NCBI GenBank assembly: GCA_040902005.1
Contig: JBBDYA010000114.1
Coordinates: 1-64,000, forward strand
Direction of reading: 5' to 3'
Source: Gemmatimonadaceae bacterium
Lineage (GTDB): Bacteria; Gemmatimonadota; Gemmatimonadetes; Gemmatimonadales; Gemmatimonadaceae
Length of the DNA stretch: 64,000 nucleotides
Notes under the pieces: generated by a model
The model's database searches: none
What the model saw: only the letters and a program-made list of their open reading frames with translations
Told to the model about the DNA's origin: nothing
Shown here: positions 47,524-58,368 of the stretch, one piece after another
Layout: each line of letters begins with the position of its first letter
How positions within the stretch are numbered: position 1 is the first letter of the stretch
Translations under genes and position numbers: made by a program

Positions 47524-47563
47524 CCGGGGGAAACGCTGACCGGGGGGGGCGGCGGAGTGGCGA

Positions 47564-48106
47564 TCAGCGAATGTCTTCGCGGCCGAGCGCGGCACGCACT
47601 GCTTCGCGCATGGCAATGATGGCGGAGTCGCGGGCCGCGGGGCTGTTTTCGCGCACGTGCAACTCGATGCCATCGGCGACGTTGACGCGCCGCCACGCGA
47701 GCGAGGCGTCGTCGTCGTGTCGGGCGACAAGGTCGGCGCCGGCGCCCAGGGCCGGAGCCAGTGAGGTGGCGACGCGGCGCTCGAGGGCATCGCCCACGAA
47801 ATCCCGCATTTCTCCCTTGATCGTGTCGAGCGTGGCGCCCTCGCGCTGGCGGATCTTGATCGCCAGAAGTTGAAGAAAGTGCCGGTAATTGTAGGTCGCC
47901 GCGGTGCCCGCTCCTTCGGGGCGGTCCAGCAGGCCACTGGCCACGTAGAACCGCACGGCACGGGCGCTTGGCGCGGCGCGCGCTGACGCGTTGGTTGGAC
48001 GCATCCCCGCGGCGTCAACGAGCGCGGTGACATGGGCGGCGAGGCCGCGCGCGTTCCAGGGCGCGTGCTTCGAGTGCGCCCGCAGCAGGATGACGGGTGA
48101 GTCCAC
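47564..48106 (-). CDS. MerR-family HTH regulator
   Basis: RAVRFYVASGLLDRP...ATYNYRHFLQLLAIKIRQREGATLDTIK; WRRVNVADGIELHV. Confidence 0.82.
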   Translation of the reverse strand: MDSPVILLRAHSKHAPWNARGLAAHVTALVDAAGMRPTNASARAAPSARAVRFYVASGLLDRPEGAGTAATYNYRHFLQLLAIKIRQREGATLDTIKGEMRDFVGDALERRVATSLAPALGAGADLVARHDDDASLAWRRVNVADGIELHVRENSPAARDSAIIAMREAVRAALGREDIR

Positions 48107-48183
48107 GGGGAAGGGAAGTTAGAACAGAACGCGGACGAACGCCGACGTCGTGCGTTCATCCGCGCTCGAGCCTCGACTGCGGT

Positions 48184-48783
48184 TCAGCGCCTGCCCTTCT
48201 TGCCTCCCTTCTTGCCTGCGCCGCCCTTCTTTTTGCCGGCCTTCGTCGCCCCTTTCTTCGCGCCGGCCTTCTTGGCGCCCCCCTTCTTTTTCGGTGCCTG
48301 CTTCTTTTTCGGCGCCTTCTTCGCCTTCTTTGCCGGCTTGCCAGCCGCCTTCCGGGCGGGCTTCGCGGCCGCCTTCTTCGCGGGCTTCGCTGCCGCGCCG
48401 GTGGCCGACGCCTTCGGCGCGGACGCGGCCATCGGCCGGCTCGCGGACGCTCCGCCTGCGGCCGGAGTGCTGGCGGCGCTGCTCTTCACGCGCGACATCG
48501 GCGCCCGGCCAAAGACGTCCTCTTCCTCTTCCGCTTCGACGACGGGAGCGACCTCGCCTTCGGTCTCCTCCTCATCCATGTCGTCGGTGCTGTCCCAGAG
48601 GTCGTCGGTGGCGCGGTTGGTCGTCCAGCCGCCCTCGTCCTCGTCGTCCTCGTCGTAGTTGCTCCGGCTGCCGCCGCCGCCGCCGCCGCCGCCGATGCCA
48701 CCGCCGCCGTAGCCGACATCCTCCGGCTCGTCATCGCGATCCGCGAAACGATACTCGCCGTTCAATCCGTCACCCCGCGGCAT
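48184..48783 (-). CDS. Disordered protein with acidic N-half and histone H1-like Lys/Ala-rich C-half
   Basis: GAGGAGG RBS before ATG 48783; D/E-rich then AKPAKKAAAKPARK...KKGRR. Confidence 0.72.
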   Translation of the reverse strand: MPRGDGLNGEYRFADRDDEPEDVGYGGGGIGGGGGGGGSRSNYDEDDEDEGGWTTNRATDDLWDSTDDMDEEETEGEVAPVVEAEEEEDVFGRAPMSRVKSSAASTPAAGGASASRPMAASAPKASATGAAAKPAKKAAAKPARKAAGKPAKKAKKAPKKKQAPKKKGGAKKAGAKKGATKAGKKKGGAGKKGGKKGRR

Positions 48784-48971
48784 GACCCCGCCCTCCTCTG
48801 TCATGAAGTATGACCTGCGAATGAGTCAACGTGTCGCGCGGCCCGTCCCGGCATCGCCCGGAGGCCGCGCGCTGCAGCCCGGTGCCGCACGATTGCGAAT
48901 GCGACACACGCGTAGCAACACACCCTAGTAAGGGGTCCCGAGTCCAGAGTCAAGCGGATTCAGAACCGCGG

Positions 48972-51900
48972 TCAATCGCCCACCACTTCGGCTTCCGACC
49001 GGGCGGCGCCAAGGGGGTGGGGGTGGCCGACGACCGCGGCCTGGCGCGGCCGCGTGCGGGACGACATCCAGGCCGCGGCTTCGTCGAGCAGCGTGTAGAC
49101 CACCGGCACCACGAAGAGGGTGAGGATGGTGGAGGTGATCAGCCCCCCGATCACCGCCCGCGCCATCGGGGCCCGGGTCTCCGCCCCGGCACCGATCGCG
49201 AGGGCCAGCGGCAGCATGCCGAAGATCATCGCCATGGTGGTCATCACGATGGGGCGCAGCCGGACCCGCCCGGACCTGAGCAGCGCCTCCTTCCTGGCCA
49301 TGCCTGCCTCGCGCTGCCGGTTCGCGAAGTCCACCAGCAGAATGCCGTTCTTGGTCACCAGCCCCATGAGCATGATGATGCCGATCATCGTCATCACGTT
49401 CAAATTGCCGTTCGTGAGCAGGAGCGCGAGCGCCACCCCGATGAAGCTCAGGGGGAGGGCGAGCATGATGGACAACGGCTGGAGGAACGATCCGAACAGC
49501 GACGCCAGGATCAGGTAGATGAAGATGACGGCGAGGATGAGCGCCTCGAGCACGTAGCCCTTGGTCTCCTCGAGGTTCTGCACGTCCCCAGTGAACACGG
49601 CGCTGTAGCCGGGCGGCAGCCCGATGCCGTCGATCGCCTTCTGCACGTCGTTGGCGACGTCACCCACGGAGAAGCCGGGGAGTACGCCGGCCGACACGGA
49701 GAACTGCTGCTCCAGCTGACGCCGCTCGATGCGCTGCGGGCCCACGCCGGCGCGCACCTCTGCCACCTGCGAGAGCTGTACGCTCCGCGACCCGTCGGTG
49801 AGCAGCGCGATCTCGGAGACATCCGCCGCAGAGGTGCGCATCGAGTCGGGATAGACGATCACCACGTCGTGGGTGTACCCCTGCGGGTCCTCCCAGCGGG
49901 TGGCCCGCTGTCCCGTGAACAGCGGGGCCAGCGTGGAGGCCACCGTATTGATGCCCACACCGGCGCGCCACGCTTCCTGCCGGTCCACGCGGACGTCGAG
50001 CTGGGGGAGGTCACCGTCCTCGCTCGAGTTCGGCTCCGCCACACCGCGCACGTCGCGCACGGCCGCGAGCACGTGGTCCGCCGCGAGTTTGAGCCGGCTG
50101 GGCTCGGGCCCCTGCACGTTCACGATGATTGGCTGGCGGAAGCCACCGCCGAACACGGTGCGCTGGCCGGTAATGGATGGGCGCACGCCCGGAAGGTCGC
50201 GCAGCTTGCCGCGGAGCTCATTCTGGATTTCCTGAAGCGTGCGGTTCCGTTCGGAGCGCGGCTTGAGCCGCACGTTGATGCGACCGTTGTTGGCCGTGCC
50301 GAACAGACCGCCCCCAACGGAGAGATAGGTGCGTTCGATCTCGGGCTGGGCGCGCAGGAATTCCGCGATTTCGCGTCCCTTGGCCATGGTGTACTCGGGG
50401 CGCGAGCCCGGGGGCACGCGGTACTGGAGATTGAATTCGTTGGTGTCCGCGTCGGGCATCCACGTGAAGCCGATGCGCGGCACCAGCATGAGCGCGATGA
50501 TGATGGACACCGTGGCGCCGGTCACGACCAGCCATTTCCTGCGCAGCGCCGCGTCCAGCGCCCGGGGGTAGTGATCCGCCATGCGCTCGAACCACTGGTT
50601 AAACGCAAAGACGGCGCGCCTTACGGGATTGCGCGGCCGTTCGCCATGGCCGTGCGCTCCCTCGATTTCCGGATCGAGCCACACGCTGGACAGCATCGGG
50701 TCGAGCGTGAACGCCACGAAGAGGGACACCAGCACCGCGAACGCGACGGTGACGCCAAACTGGAAGAAGACTTTGCCGATCATGCCGCCCATGAACGCCA
50801 CGGGAATGAAGACCGCGACGACCGCGAACGTGGTGGCGATGACGGCCAACCCGATTTCGTCCGTGCCTTCGCTCGCCGCGCGGTGATGGTCCTTTCCCAT
50901 CTCCATGTGCCGCACGATGTTCTCGCGCACGACGATGGCATCATCGATGAGCAGGCCGATCGCCAGCGACAGCGCCATCATCGTCATGGTGTTCACGGTG
51001 AAGCCGAACACCCACATGATGAAGAACGACGAAATGATCGACACCGGCAGCGTCAGTCCGGTGATCACCGTGGAGCGCCAGGAGTTGAGGAACAGGTAGA
51101 TGATCGCGATGGTCAGCATCGCGCCCAGGATGATGGTCAACTGCACATCGTGCAGCGATTCCTTGATGCGCTCGGCGTCTTCGCGGATGACCGTGAGCCG
51201 GATGTCCTGCGGGACCAGGCGCTCCAGCTGCGCGAGCACGTGGTGCACCGAATCGGTGACCTGCACGGTGTTGGAGCCGGAGACCTTGAGGATCTCGACC
51301 GACACGGCGGGCGTGCCCTGGATCTCGGCGCCGCCGCGCGCTTCCTCGGAGCCGTCCACGACGGTCGCGATGTCGCCGACGCGGATGGGCACGCCGTTGC
51401 GCACGGTGACGGCGATGTCCGCGAACGCCCGCGGTTCGCGCACGCGCCCCGTGATGCGCACGAGTTGTTCGGTCTCGCCGCGCTGCACGCGCCCGGCCGG
51501 CACTTCCTGGTTCTCCCGCTGGAGCGCCGCGGACACCTGCGCCGGGCTGACACTGTATGCGCGCATGGCGCTCGGATCGAGCTGGATGCGGATCTGTCGC
51601 GCGTTGCCCCCCACGATGTTGACGCCGCCCACGCCGGGAATCGCCTCCAGGCGCGGCTGAATGATGTCGTCGGCCAGGTCGGTGAGCTCGCGCAACGAGC
51701 GCTCAGTGCTCTGAATCGCGACCGCCATGATCGGCGAGTCGTTGGGGTCGAAATGCCGGACGATCGGATCCTCGATGGTGGGCGGCAGTTGCCGACGGAT
51801 GCGCGCGATCTTGGCCTGCACGTCCTGGAGCGCCGTGCCGATGTCCACGCCCAGATTGAACTGGAGACGAACGACCGAATTCCCTTCCTGGGAGGTGGAG

Positions 51901-52142
51901 GTGATCTCCTTGATCCCCTGCACGGTGTTCAACGCTTCCTCCACCGGCTTGGAGATGTCGCGCATCATCGACTCGGGCGACGCGCCGGGAAGCGACGTGC
52001 TGACGATGACCACCGGATATGTGATGTCCGGGTACTCGTCGATGGCGAGGCGCTGGTAGCTGATGAGGCCCAGCACCATCAGGGCCACCATCATCATGGT
52101 GGCGAAGACGGGGCGCTTGATCGAGATGTCCGAGAGAAACAT
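48972..52142 (-). CDS. RND efflux permease (AcrB/AcrD/AcrF family)
   Basis: ISIKRPVFA, GLLIDDAIVVREN, KNGILLVD, RLRPIVMTT. Confidence 0.96.
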   Translation of the reverse strand: MFLSDISIKRPVFATMMMVALMVLGLISYQRLAIDEYPDITYPVVIVSTSLPGASPESMMRDISKPVEEALNTVQGIKEITSTSQEGNSVVRLQFNLGVDIGTALQDVQAKIARIRRQLPPTIEDPIVRHFDPNDSPIMAVAIQSTERSLRELTDLADDIIQPRLEAIPGVGGVNIVGGNARQIRIQLDPSAMRAYSVSPAQVSAALQRENQEVPAGRVQRGETEQLVRITGRVREPRAFADIAVTVRNGVPIRVGDIATVVDGSEEARGGAEIQGTPAVSVEILKVSGSNTVQVTDSVHHVLAQLERLVPQDIRLTVIREDAERIKESLHDVQLTIILGAMLTIAIIYLFLNSWRSTVITGLTLPVSIISSFFIMWVFGFTVNTMTMMALSLAIGLLIDDAIVVRENIVRHMEMGKDHHRAASEGTDEIGLAVIATTFAVVAVFIPVAFMGGMIGKVFFQFGVTVAFAVLVSLFVAFTLDPMLSSVWLDPEIEGAHGHGERPRNPVRRAVFAFNQWFERMADHYPRALDAALRRKWLVVTGATVSIIIALMLVPRIGFTWMPDADTNEFNLQYRVPPGSRPEYTMAKGREIAEFLRAQPEIERTYLSVGGGLFGTANNGRINVRLKPRSERNRTLQEIQNELRGKLRDLPGVRPSITGQRTVFGGGFRQPIIVNVQGPEPSRLKLAADHVLAAVRDVRGVAEPNSSEDGDLPQLDVRVDRQEAWRAGVGINTVASTLAPLFTGQRATRWEDPQGYTHDVVIVYPDSMRTSAADVSEIALLTDGSRSVQLSQVAEVRAGVGPQRIERRQLEQQFSVSAGVLPGFSVGDVANDVQKAIDGIGLPPGYSAVFTGDVQNLEETKGYVLEALILAVIFIYLILASLFGSFLQPLSIMLALPLSFIGVALALLLTNGNLNVMTMIGIIMLMGLVTKNGILLVDFANRQREAGMARKEALLRSGRVRLRPIVMTTMAMIFGMLPLALAIGAGAETRAPMARAVIGGLITSTILTLFVVPVVYTLLDEAAAWMSSRTRPRQAAVVGHPHPLGAARSEAEVVGD

Positions 52143-52170
52143 GCGCGTTTACCCTGGAGTTAACCGCGGG

Positions 52171-53370
52171 CTACTGCCGCCCGGTGACGGGAGTCTCCTC
52201 ACCCGCGACGATGATTTGCATGCCGCGGCCGAGCGTGCCGACGTTCCCCACGACGATGCGGTCACCCTCCGCCAGGCCCTGCAGGACTTCCGCGATGCCT
52301 GAGCGGGCATCCACGATGCCCAGCTGCACGGGCGCGACGTCGAGCGTTCGACCCGTGATGCGATAGACGTACGCGCCGCCGTCACCCACGGCTTGGCGCA
52401 CGGCGGCGGCCGGAACGAGCAGCGCATCCGATACGAGACGGCTGACGACCCGTCCCGACGCAAAGGTGCCTCCCCGCAGGGAGAGGTTCTCGTTCGGTAC
52501 CTGGATGTAGACGGTGACGCTGCGCGTGCTGGGGTCGATGGTCGGACTGACGCGCGCCACCGTGCCGTCGAACACGCGCCCGTCGGCGGCGAAGTGTACC
52601 GTCTGCCCGACGCGCAATCCGCCGGCCTGGCGTGCCGGGACGGCGGCGGCCAGCTCGAGCACGTTGCTGCGCACGAGGGTGAACAGTTCGGCGCCCCTTG
52701 CCACGTGCTCGCCGCTCTCGATCGCCTTCCGCGAGATGATCCCGGTGGTGGGCGCGAGCACACGGGTGTCGCTCACGAGTGAACTCGTGGCGCGCACGCG
52801 CGCCTGCGCGGCCGCCAGGCGGGCCCTGGCCGTGGTCAGTCCCTGCTGGGCCATCTTGAAGTCGCGCTCGGCCACCGCGCCCGCGCGGAACAACTCGGTG
52901 GTCTGCTCGAGATTCCACTGCGCGGTGGCCGTCTCGGATTCGGCGGCGACGCGGTCGGCGCGGGCGCTGGCGAGATTGCTCTCCTGCTCCGAGGACTCGA
53001 ATCGCGCGAGCACCTGGCCGGTGCGCACCCGCTCGCCTTCGCGAACGTAGACGCCGGTGAGGTCACCCTCCAGGCGTGCACGGACGGTTACGCTCTCGAT
53101 GGGGCGCAGGTCGCCGGTAATGGCGATGGCCTCTTCAATGGGCCCGCGGCGCACCGGGGAGATGTCCGATGCCGCGAGCGTGACGCTCGGCGCCGCGCGG
53201 CCCGATCCACCGGGCGAGTTGGCAGCCGGTCCGCCGGCCGATGGGGGAACTTGCGGCTGCGTCGCGGCGCGTACCTCCGCGCTCTGCGGCACGGAATCGT
53301 TTCCCGAGCACGCGACGGTGCTCAGCAGCAGCGCGGCCGCGAACGAGTTCAGCGTTCGAATCTTGTGCAC
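52171..53370 (-). CDS. RND periplasmic adaptor (MFP) lipoprotein
   Basis: GTG start overlapping the TolC stop; lipobox TVAC; VREGERVRTGQVL, APTTG, GLAEGDRIVV. Confidence 0.92.
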   Translation of the reverse strand: MHKIRTLNSFAAALLLSTVACSGNDSVPQSAEVRAATQPQVPPSAGGPAANSPGGSGRAAPSVTLAASDISPVRRGPIEEAIAITGDLRPIESVTVRARLEGDLTGVYVREGERVRTGQVLARFESSEQESNLASARADRVAAESETATAQWNLEQTTELFRAGAVAERDFKMAQQGLTTARARLAAAQARVRATSSLVSDTRVLAPTTGIISRKAIESGEHVARGAELFTLVRSNVLELAAAVPARQAGGLRVGQTVHFAADGRVFDGTVARVSPTIDPSTRSVTVYIQVPNENLSLRGGTFASGRVVSRLVSDALLVPAAAVRQAVGDGGAYVYRITGRTLDVAPVQLGIVDARSGIAEVLQGLAEGDRIVVGNVGTLGRGMQIIVAGEETPVTGRQ

Positions 53371-54809
53371 TAGGTCCCGGTCCGGCGCGCGACGCGCGAG
53401 GTTACTGGCATGGGAATGGGCCGGCCGAGCGCACGCGCGAGCTCGGCGGTTGCGAGATACAGGTCGAACGTGGCGCGCGCCTGGCCACCTTCGGCGGTGA
53501 GGAGGGCGAGCTGGGCGTCGGACACCTCCAGCTGGGTGCTCAGGCCGCGCGAGAACCGCAGGGAGGCAAGGCGGAAGGCCTCCGTCGCCTCCGTGGAGTT
53601 CTGGCCGCGCGCGTCGAACACGGCCTTGGCGCGCCGCAGCTCGGCGTGCGCGCGCGCGACCTCCACCGCCACCTGCTCGCGCTCCAGGCGCAGCTCGAGT
53701 TCCGCGATGCGCGTGGCCGCGCGCGCGAGTTCCAGGGCGCTTCTGGCGCGCAACCCATCGAACACGGGCCACGAGAACTGCACGCCCAGGTTTCGATCCT
53801 CGAACCACCCGCCGTTTTGACAGATGCGACCGGGATCGGAACCCGCGGGACAGGAAGCGGCGTTCAACGCGCCGCGCTGGCCCGGGAAGCCGAAACCGAC
53901 GGGTGGAAAGGCCTGAAAGCCGCTCTGGATGAAGGCGGTGACCGTGGGCAGAAACTCGGCGCGTGCGGCGGTAATGGCGAGACGCCGGCTGTTGGCCACG
54001 AGCTCGGCGGCCCGCAACGCGGCGCGGTCGGGCGGAGGAAGCGTAGTGCTGTCGATGTAGGCGGCGACGAACGCCTGCGCCGCCACGGGATCGATGGTCG
54101 TGGTGAGGGCGAGGGGCTGCTGGAGGGGAATGTTGAGCAGCCGCTTGATCTCGAGGTGCGTGATGTCGCGTTCGTTGCGCGCCTCGATCGTCAGCGGCTC
54201 GATGTTCGCCCGCTCCACCCGGGCGCGCAGCACGTCGTAGGTGGCGGCGCGTCCGGCCTGGTGGAACTGCTGCACCTGCGTGAGCCGCCCCGACGCGAGC
54301 TGGAGGTTCGATTCCTGGAGCTCGACGAACCGTTCGGCGAGGAGGGCGGCGAGGTAGGCCCGTTGCACCGCGATCGTGAACAGCGCGCGCTGCTCTTCGG
54401 CGTCCAGCCGGCTGGCTTCGGCGAGGTTGCCGGCCGCGCGGGCCGTCGCGTACAACCGGCCGCCCTGGAACAGGCTCTGCGACAGATTGGCGTTCACCGT
54501 GTACGTGTTTGGCTGATTGAACACAGCGCTGACCGCGTTGCTTCGGGCGCTCTCGAACGTGCGGCTGTAGGAGCTGTTGAGGCGCAGCTGCGGCAGCATG
54601 GACGCGCGGGCAAAATCCACCTGGGCGCCTGCGATGTCGGCGCGCGCAACGCTGAGGTGGATCTCGTCAGCGACGCGCAGGCCCGTGGTCACCGCCTCCT
54701 GGAGGGAGAGGTGGATTGTGTCCGCGGGGACTTGAGGGCGCTGAGCGGCGGCGGAACCAGTCACGAGCTGCATCGCGCCGCAGAAGAGGGCGATCGTGCG
54801 GTGCATCAT
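53370..54809 (-). CDS. TolC-family outer-membrane efflux protein
   Basis: Signal peptide, LSLQEAV, LPQL, WPVFDG, GLSTQLEVSDAQ. Confidence 0.92.
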   Translation of the reverse strand: MMHRTIALFCGAMQLVTGSAAAQRPQVPADTIHLSLQEAVTTGLRVADEIHLSVARADIAGAQVDFARASMLPQLRLNSSYSRTFESARSNAVSAVFNQPNTYTVNANLSQSLFQGGRLYATARAAGNLAEASRLDAEEQRALFTIAVQRAYLAALLAERFVELQESNLQLASGRLTQVQQFHQAGRAATYDVLRARVERANIEPLTIEARNERDITHLEIKRLLNIPLQQPLALTTTIDPVAAQAFVAAYIDSTTLPPPDRAALRAAELVANSRRLAITAARAEFLPTVTAFIQSGFQAFPPVGFGFPGQRGALNAASCPAGSDPGRICQNGGWFEDRNLGVQFSWPVFDGLRARSALELARAATRIAELELRLEREQVAVEVARAHAELRRAKAVFDARGQNSTEATEAFRLASLRFSRGLSTQLEVSDAQLALLTAEGGQARATFDLYLATAELARALGRPIPMPVTSRVARRTGT

Positions 54810-54927
54810 CAATAGTATACGTCAGCATACGCGGCGACGTTGCCCCCAAGATTGTGTCCCAGACGGGTTTGTGTTATTCAAGCCGCGTCGGTATTCCACC
54901 GTTTGGGCCACCCCGCGCCGGACTCCC

Positions 54928-55590
54928 ATGATGCCCGCACGCTGCATCGCCTTCCTCCTGATCGCGGCCACCAGCCTCGGCTGTGCATCGCAGCCCGGCT
55001 GGCGGCCGTTGTTCGACGAAAAGACGCTGGATGGCTGGCGGGTGTATCGCGGCGTGGCCCCGACCGGGTGGGAGGTGCGGGATGGCGCGCTGACCAAGAT
55101 GCAGGCCACCCGGGACATCATCTCGGTGGACCAGTTCGGCGACTTCGAACTGAGTTTCGAGTGGAGAGTGGCCACCGGGGGGAACGCGGGGGTGTTCTAC
55201 CGGGCGACGGAGGAATACGAGCGCGTGTACTGGAGCGCGCCCGAGTACCAGCTACTGGACGACGCGAACGCGCGGGATGGCGCCAGCCGGCTGACCGCGG
55301 CGGGATCGGCCTTCGGGCTGTATCCGGCGACGGCGGGGGTGGTTCGGCCAGCGGGCGAGTGGAACACCACGCGCATCGTCGCGCACGGCGCGCACGTGGA
55401 ACACTGGCTCAACGGCATCAAGCTCCTCGAGTACGAGTTATGGAGCCCGGAGTGGGACGCCAAAGTGAAAGCCAGCAAGTTCGGCGCGTGGCCGAACTAC
55501 GGGCGCGCGGCGCGCGGGCATATCGCTGTGCAGGGCGATCACAGCGGCGAGCTGTCCCTCCGCAACATCCGCATCCGAGAGATCAGATGA
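54928..55590 (+). CDS. DUF1080 / 3-keto-disaccharide hydrolase lipoprotein
   Basis: Lipobox [56 protein letters not shown]. Confidence 0.9.
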   Translation: MMPARCIAFLLIAATSLGCASQPGWRPLFDEKTLDGWRVYRGVAPTGWEVRDGALTKMQATRDIISVDQFGDFELSFEWRVATGGNAGVFYRATEEYERVYWSAPEYQLLDDANARDGASRLTAAGSAFGLYPATAGVVRPAGEWNTTRIVAHGAHVEHWLNGIKLLEYELWSPEWDAKVKASKFGAWPNYGRAARGHIAVQGDHSGELSLRNIRIREIR

Positions 55591-56798
55591 TCAAGGCGCG
55601 TCTGTCGGCCATGATGTTCCTCCAGTACTTCATCTGGGGCGTGTGGTTCGTGACGATGGGGACGTACCTGGGGCAGACGCGCGGGTTCAGCGGATCGCAG
55701 ATCGGCGACGCGTACGGCGCGATGGCCATCGCCGCAATCGTCACGCCGTTCTTCATGGGCATCATCGCCGACCGGTTCTTCGCGAGCGAGAAGCTGCTGG
55801 CAATCCTGCACCTGCTGGGTGGGGTGGTGATGTGGTTCGTATCGATGCAGACGGAATGGACCCGGTTCTATCCGTTGCTGATCGTGTACGCGCTGTGCTA
55901 CATGCCCACGCTGTCGCTCACGAACGCGATCGCGTTCCAGCACGTGCGGGACTCGGCGCGCGACTTTCCGCTGATCCGCGTGCTGGGCACGATCGGATGG
56001 ATCGTCGCGGGGACGCTCGTGGGCCTGGTGCTGCGCGCGGATGCCCTGGCACTGCCGATGCGGATTGCCGCCGGTGCGTCGATCGTGATGGGGCTGTTCT
56101 CCTTCGCGTTGCCGCACACCCCGCCCAGGGCGGCGGGTGCGCCGTTCAGCGCGCGCGACGCGCTGGGACTCGACGCGCTCTCCCTGCTGCGCAACCGGGA
56201 CTTTCTGGTCTTTGTCATCGGATCGTTCCTGCTGTGCATCCCGCTCCAGTTCTACTACACGTTCACGAACCTGTTTCTGAACGAGGCGGGCGCGCCGCGT
56301 CCGGCGTTCATCCAGAGTTTCGGCCAGTGGTCGGAGATCGGCTTCATGCTCCTGCTGCCGTTCGCGCTGCGCCGGTTCGGCATCAAGGTCATCATGCTGG
56401 TGGGCATGCTGGCGTGGTCGCTGCGCTACTTCGCATTCGCGAACGGCAACGCGGGCGGTGGCATCTGGATGTTGTACGCCGGCATCCTGCTGCACGGGAT
56501 CTGCTACGACTTCTTCTTCGTGAGCGGCCAGATCTACACCGACCAGCGGGCGGGGGAGAAGGTCCGCGCGGCGGCACAGGGGTTCATCAACTTCGTCACC
56601 AACGGGGTGGGTCTCCTGGTGGGCGCCAAGCTGTCCGGTGCGGTGGTCAGCCGGTACACGGACGCGGGTGGCGCGCACGACTGGCCGACGATCTGGATGG
56701 TACCCGCGGTGATGGCCCTGGTCGTTGCCGTGATCTTCGCGCTCACGTTCCGTCCCGGGGGGAACTCAACGCGGATTGTCGCGGACGCCACCGGATAG
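55587..56798 (+). CDS. MFS nucleoside:H+ symporter-family (NupG-like) permease
   Basis: [49 protein letters not shown]. Confidence 0.9.
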   Translation: MIKARLSAMMFLQYFIWGVWFVTMGTYLGQTRGFSGSQIGDAYGAMAIAAIVTPFFMGIIADRFFASEKLLAILHLLGGVVMWFVSMQTEWTRFYPLLIVYALCYMPTLSLTNAIAFQHVRDSARDFPLIRVLGTIGWIVAGTLVGLVLRADALALPMRIAAGASIVMGLFSFALPHTPPRAAGAPFSARDALGLDALSLLRNRDFLVFVIGSFLLCIPLQFYYTFTNLFLNEAGAPRPAFIQSFGQWSEIGFMLLLPFALRRFGIKVIMLVGMLAWSLRYFAFANGNAGGGIWMLYAGILLHGICYDFFFVSGQIYTDQRAGEKVRAAAQGFINFVTNGVGLLVGAKLSGAVVSRYTDAGGAHDWPTIWMVPAVMALVVAVIFALTFRPGGNSTRIVADATG

Positions 56799-56852
56799 TC
56801 GCGGATGGGCCGCCCTTTTTCAGATCTTCCCTAGCGTTCCATGGGAGAACAC

Positions 56853-58205
56853 ATGTCGAGACATCCGATCACTCGCCGCACATTCGTCGACAACGTCGCC
56901 AAGGTCGGCGCGGGCCTCTCCGTCTTCAGCATCGTCCCGCGACACGTGCTGGGGCGCGGCTACATCGCGCCGAGCGACAAGGTAGACATCGCGTGCATCG
57001 GTGTAGGCGGGATGGGGTCGAGCGACGTGCGTGGACTCGCCGCGCTTGCCGACGTGAACATCCATACCCTGTGCGACGTGGACTGGCGCTATGCCGAGTC
57101 CACGTTCAACGCGCACCCCAAGGCGATGCGCTATCGCGACTTTCGCGAGATGATCGAGAAGGAGGGGCGGAACGTGGACGCGATCACGGTCACCACGCCC
57201 GATCACTCGCACGCGGCGGCCGCGATGCTGGGGCTGAAGGCGGGCAAGCACGTCTACACGCAGAAACCGCTCACCCGCACGATCATGGAGTCGCGCGCAT
57301 TGATGCAGGAGGCCGCGCGGCGCCCGCGGCAGGTGACGCAGATGGGGAACCAGGGCCACGCGGGCGAGGGATGCCGGCAGGTGCGCGAGTGGGTGGAAGC
57401 CGGGGTGATCGGCACCGTGCGCACGGTCGAGTTCTGGACGAATCGCCCGGTGTGGCCGCAGGCGATCCACCGGCCCACGGAGATGCACAATCCACCGCCG
57501 ACGCTGGACTGGAATCTCTGGCTCGGTCCGGCCGCCGACCGGCCGTACCACCCGTCGTACGCGCCGTTCAACTGGCGCGGTTACTGGGACTTCGGCACGG
57601 GCGCGTTGGGCGACATGGCGTGTCACATCATGGATGCGGCGTACTGGACGCTGGGACGCAAGTATCCCTCGCGCATCAGCGCCGAGAGCACGCAGCTCTT
57701 TCCCGAGACCGCGCCGCGCGCGTCGCGCATCGTGTACGACTTTCCGGCGCGCAACGGCAAGCCGGCGGTGACGTTCGTGTGGCGCGACGGCGGGCTCACG
57801 CCGCCGCGCCCGGCCGACTGGGCCGCCGATCGCGCGTGGCCCTTCGACAACAGCGCGCAGATGTGGATCGGGGACAGCGGCTCGCTGGTGGCCGGTACGT
57901 ACGCGGAGAATCCACGCCTGTCGGATGAGAAACGCGATGCGGAGCTCAAGGCCAGTCCGCCGGCCCAGGCCTACCCGCGCGTGAAGGGCGTGCACGCGGA
58001 GTGGATCGAGGCGATCAAGAGCGGCACGCAGCCCGGCTCGAATTTCAGCTACGCGGCGCCATTCACGGAGCTCGTGCTGCTGGGGAACCTGGCGCTGCGG
58101 CTGCAGCGCCCGGTGGATCTCAACCCGGACACCGGCGAGATCCTCACCGCCGGGATTCCGGCCGAGTGGCTGCGTCCCACATATCGCGCGGGGTGGACGC
58201 TGTAG
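56853..58205 (+). CDS. Tat-exported Gfo/Idh/MocA oxidoreductase
   Basis: TRRTFV Tat motif; IGVGGMG, TPDHSH, QKPL, QMGNQ, GALGDMACH. Confidence 0.92.
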   Translation: MSRHPITRRTFVDNVAKVGAGLSVFSIVPRHVLGRGYIAPSDKVDIACIGVGGMGSSDVRGLAALADVNIHTLCDVDWRYAESTFNAHPKAMRYRDFREMIEKEGRNVDAITVTTPDHSHAAAAMLGLKAGKHVYTQKPLTRTIMESRALMQEAARRPRQVTQMGNQGHAGEGCRQVREWVEAGVIGTVRTVEFWTNRPVWPQAIHRPTEMHNPPPTLDWNLWLGPAADRPYHPSYAPFNWRGYWDFGTGALGDMACHIMDAAYWTLGRKYPSRISAESTQLFPETAPRASRIVYDFPARNGKPAVTFVWRDGGLTPPRPADWAADRAWPFDNSAQMWIGDSGSLVAGTYAENPRLSDEKRDAELKASPPAQAYPRVKGVHAEWIEAIKSGTQPGSNFSYAAPFTELVLLGNLALRLQRPVDLNPDTGEILTAGIPAEWLRPTYRAGWTL

Positions 58206-58244
58206 CCCGGTGTTCTCGATCCGTCATCGCGGGTCGCCGGATCC

Positions 58245-58366
58245 GAACCACGGAGGCCGCGGAGGACGCGGAGGAGTTCGGTCGCGTTGTACACGTCATC
58301 GGGCCGTCACCGCCACCTGCTTTCCTCCGTGCCCTCTGCGTCCTCCGTGGTTCTTTTGAGAGCTTC
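58245..58366. repeat. REP-like inverted repeat element
   Basis: GAACCACGGAGGCCGCGGAGGACGCGGAGGA pairs with TCCTCCGTGCCCTCTGCGTCCTCCGTGGTTC; ends in AGAGCTTC. Confidence 0.75.
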
Positions 58367-58368
58367 CC

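Noticed and set aside
48831..52163. 1110-aa plus-strand ORF
   Set aside because: Antisense shadow of the RND permease; high-GC codon bias suppresses stops and no motifs are recognisable.
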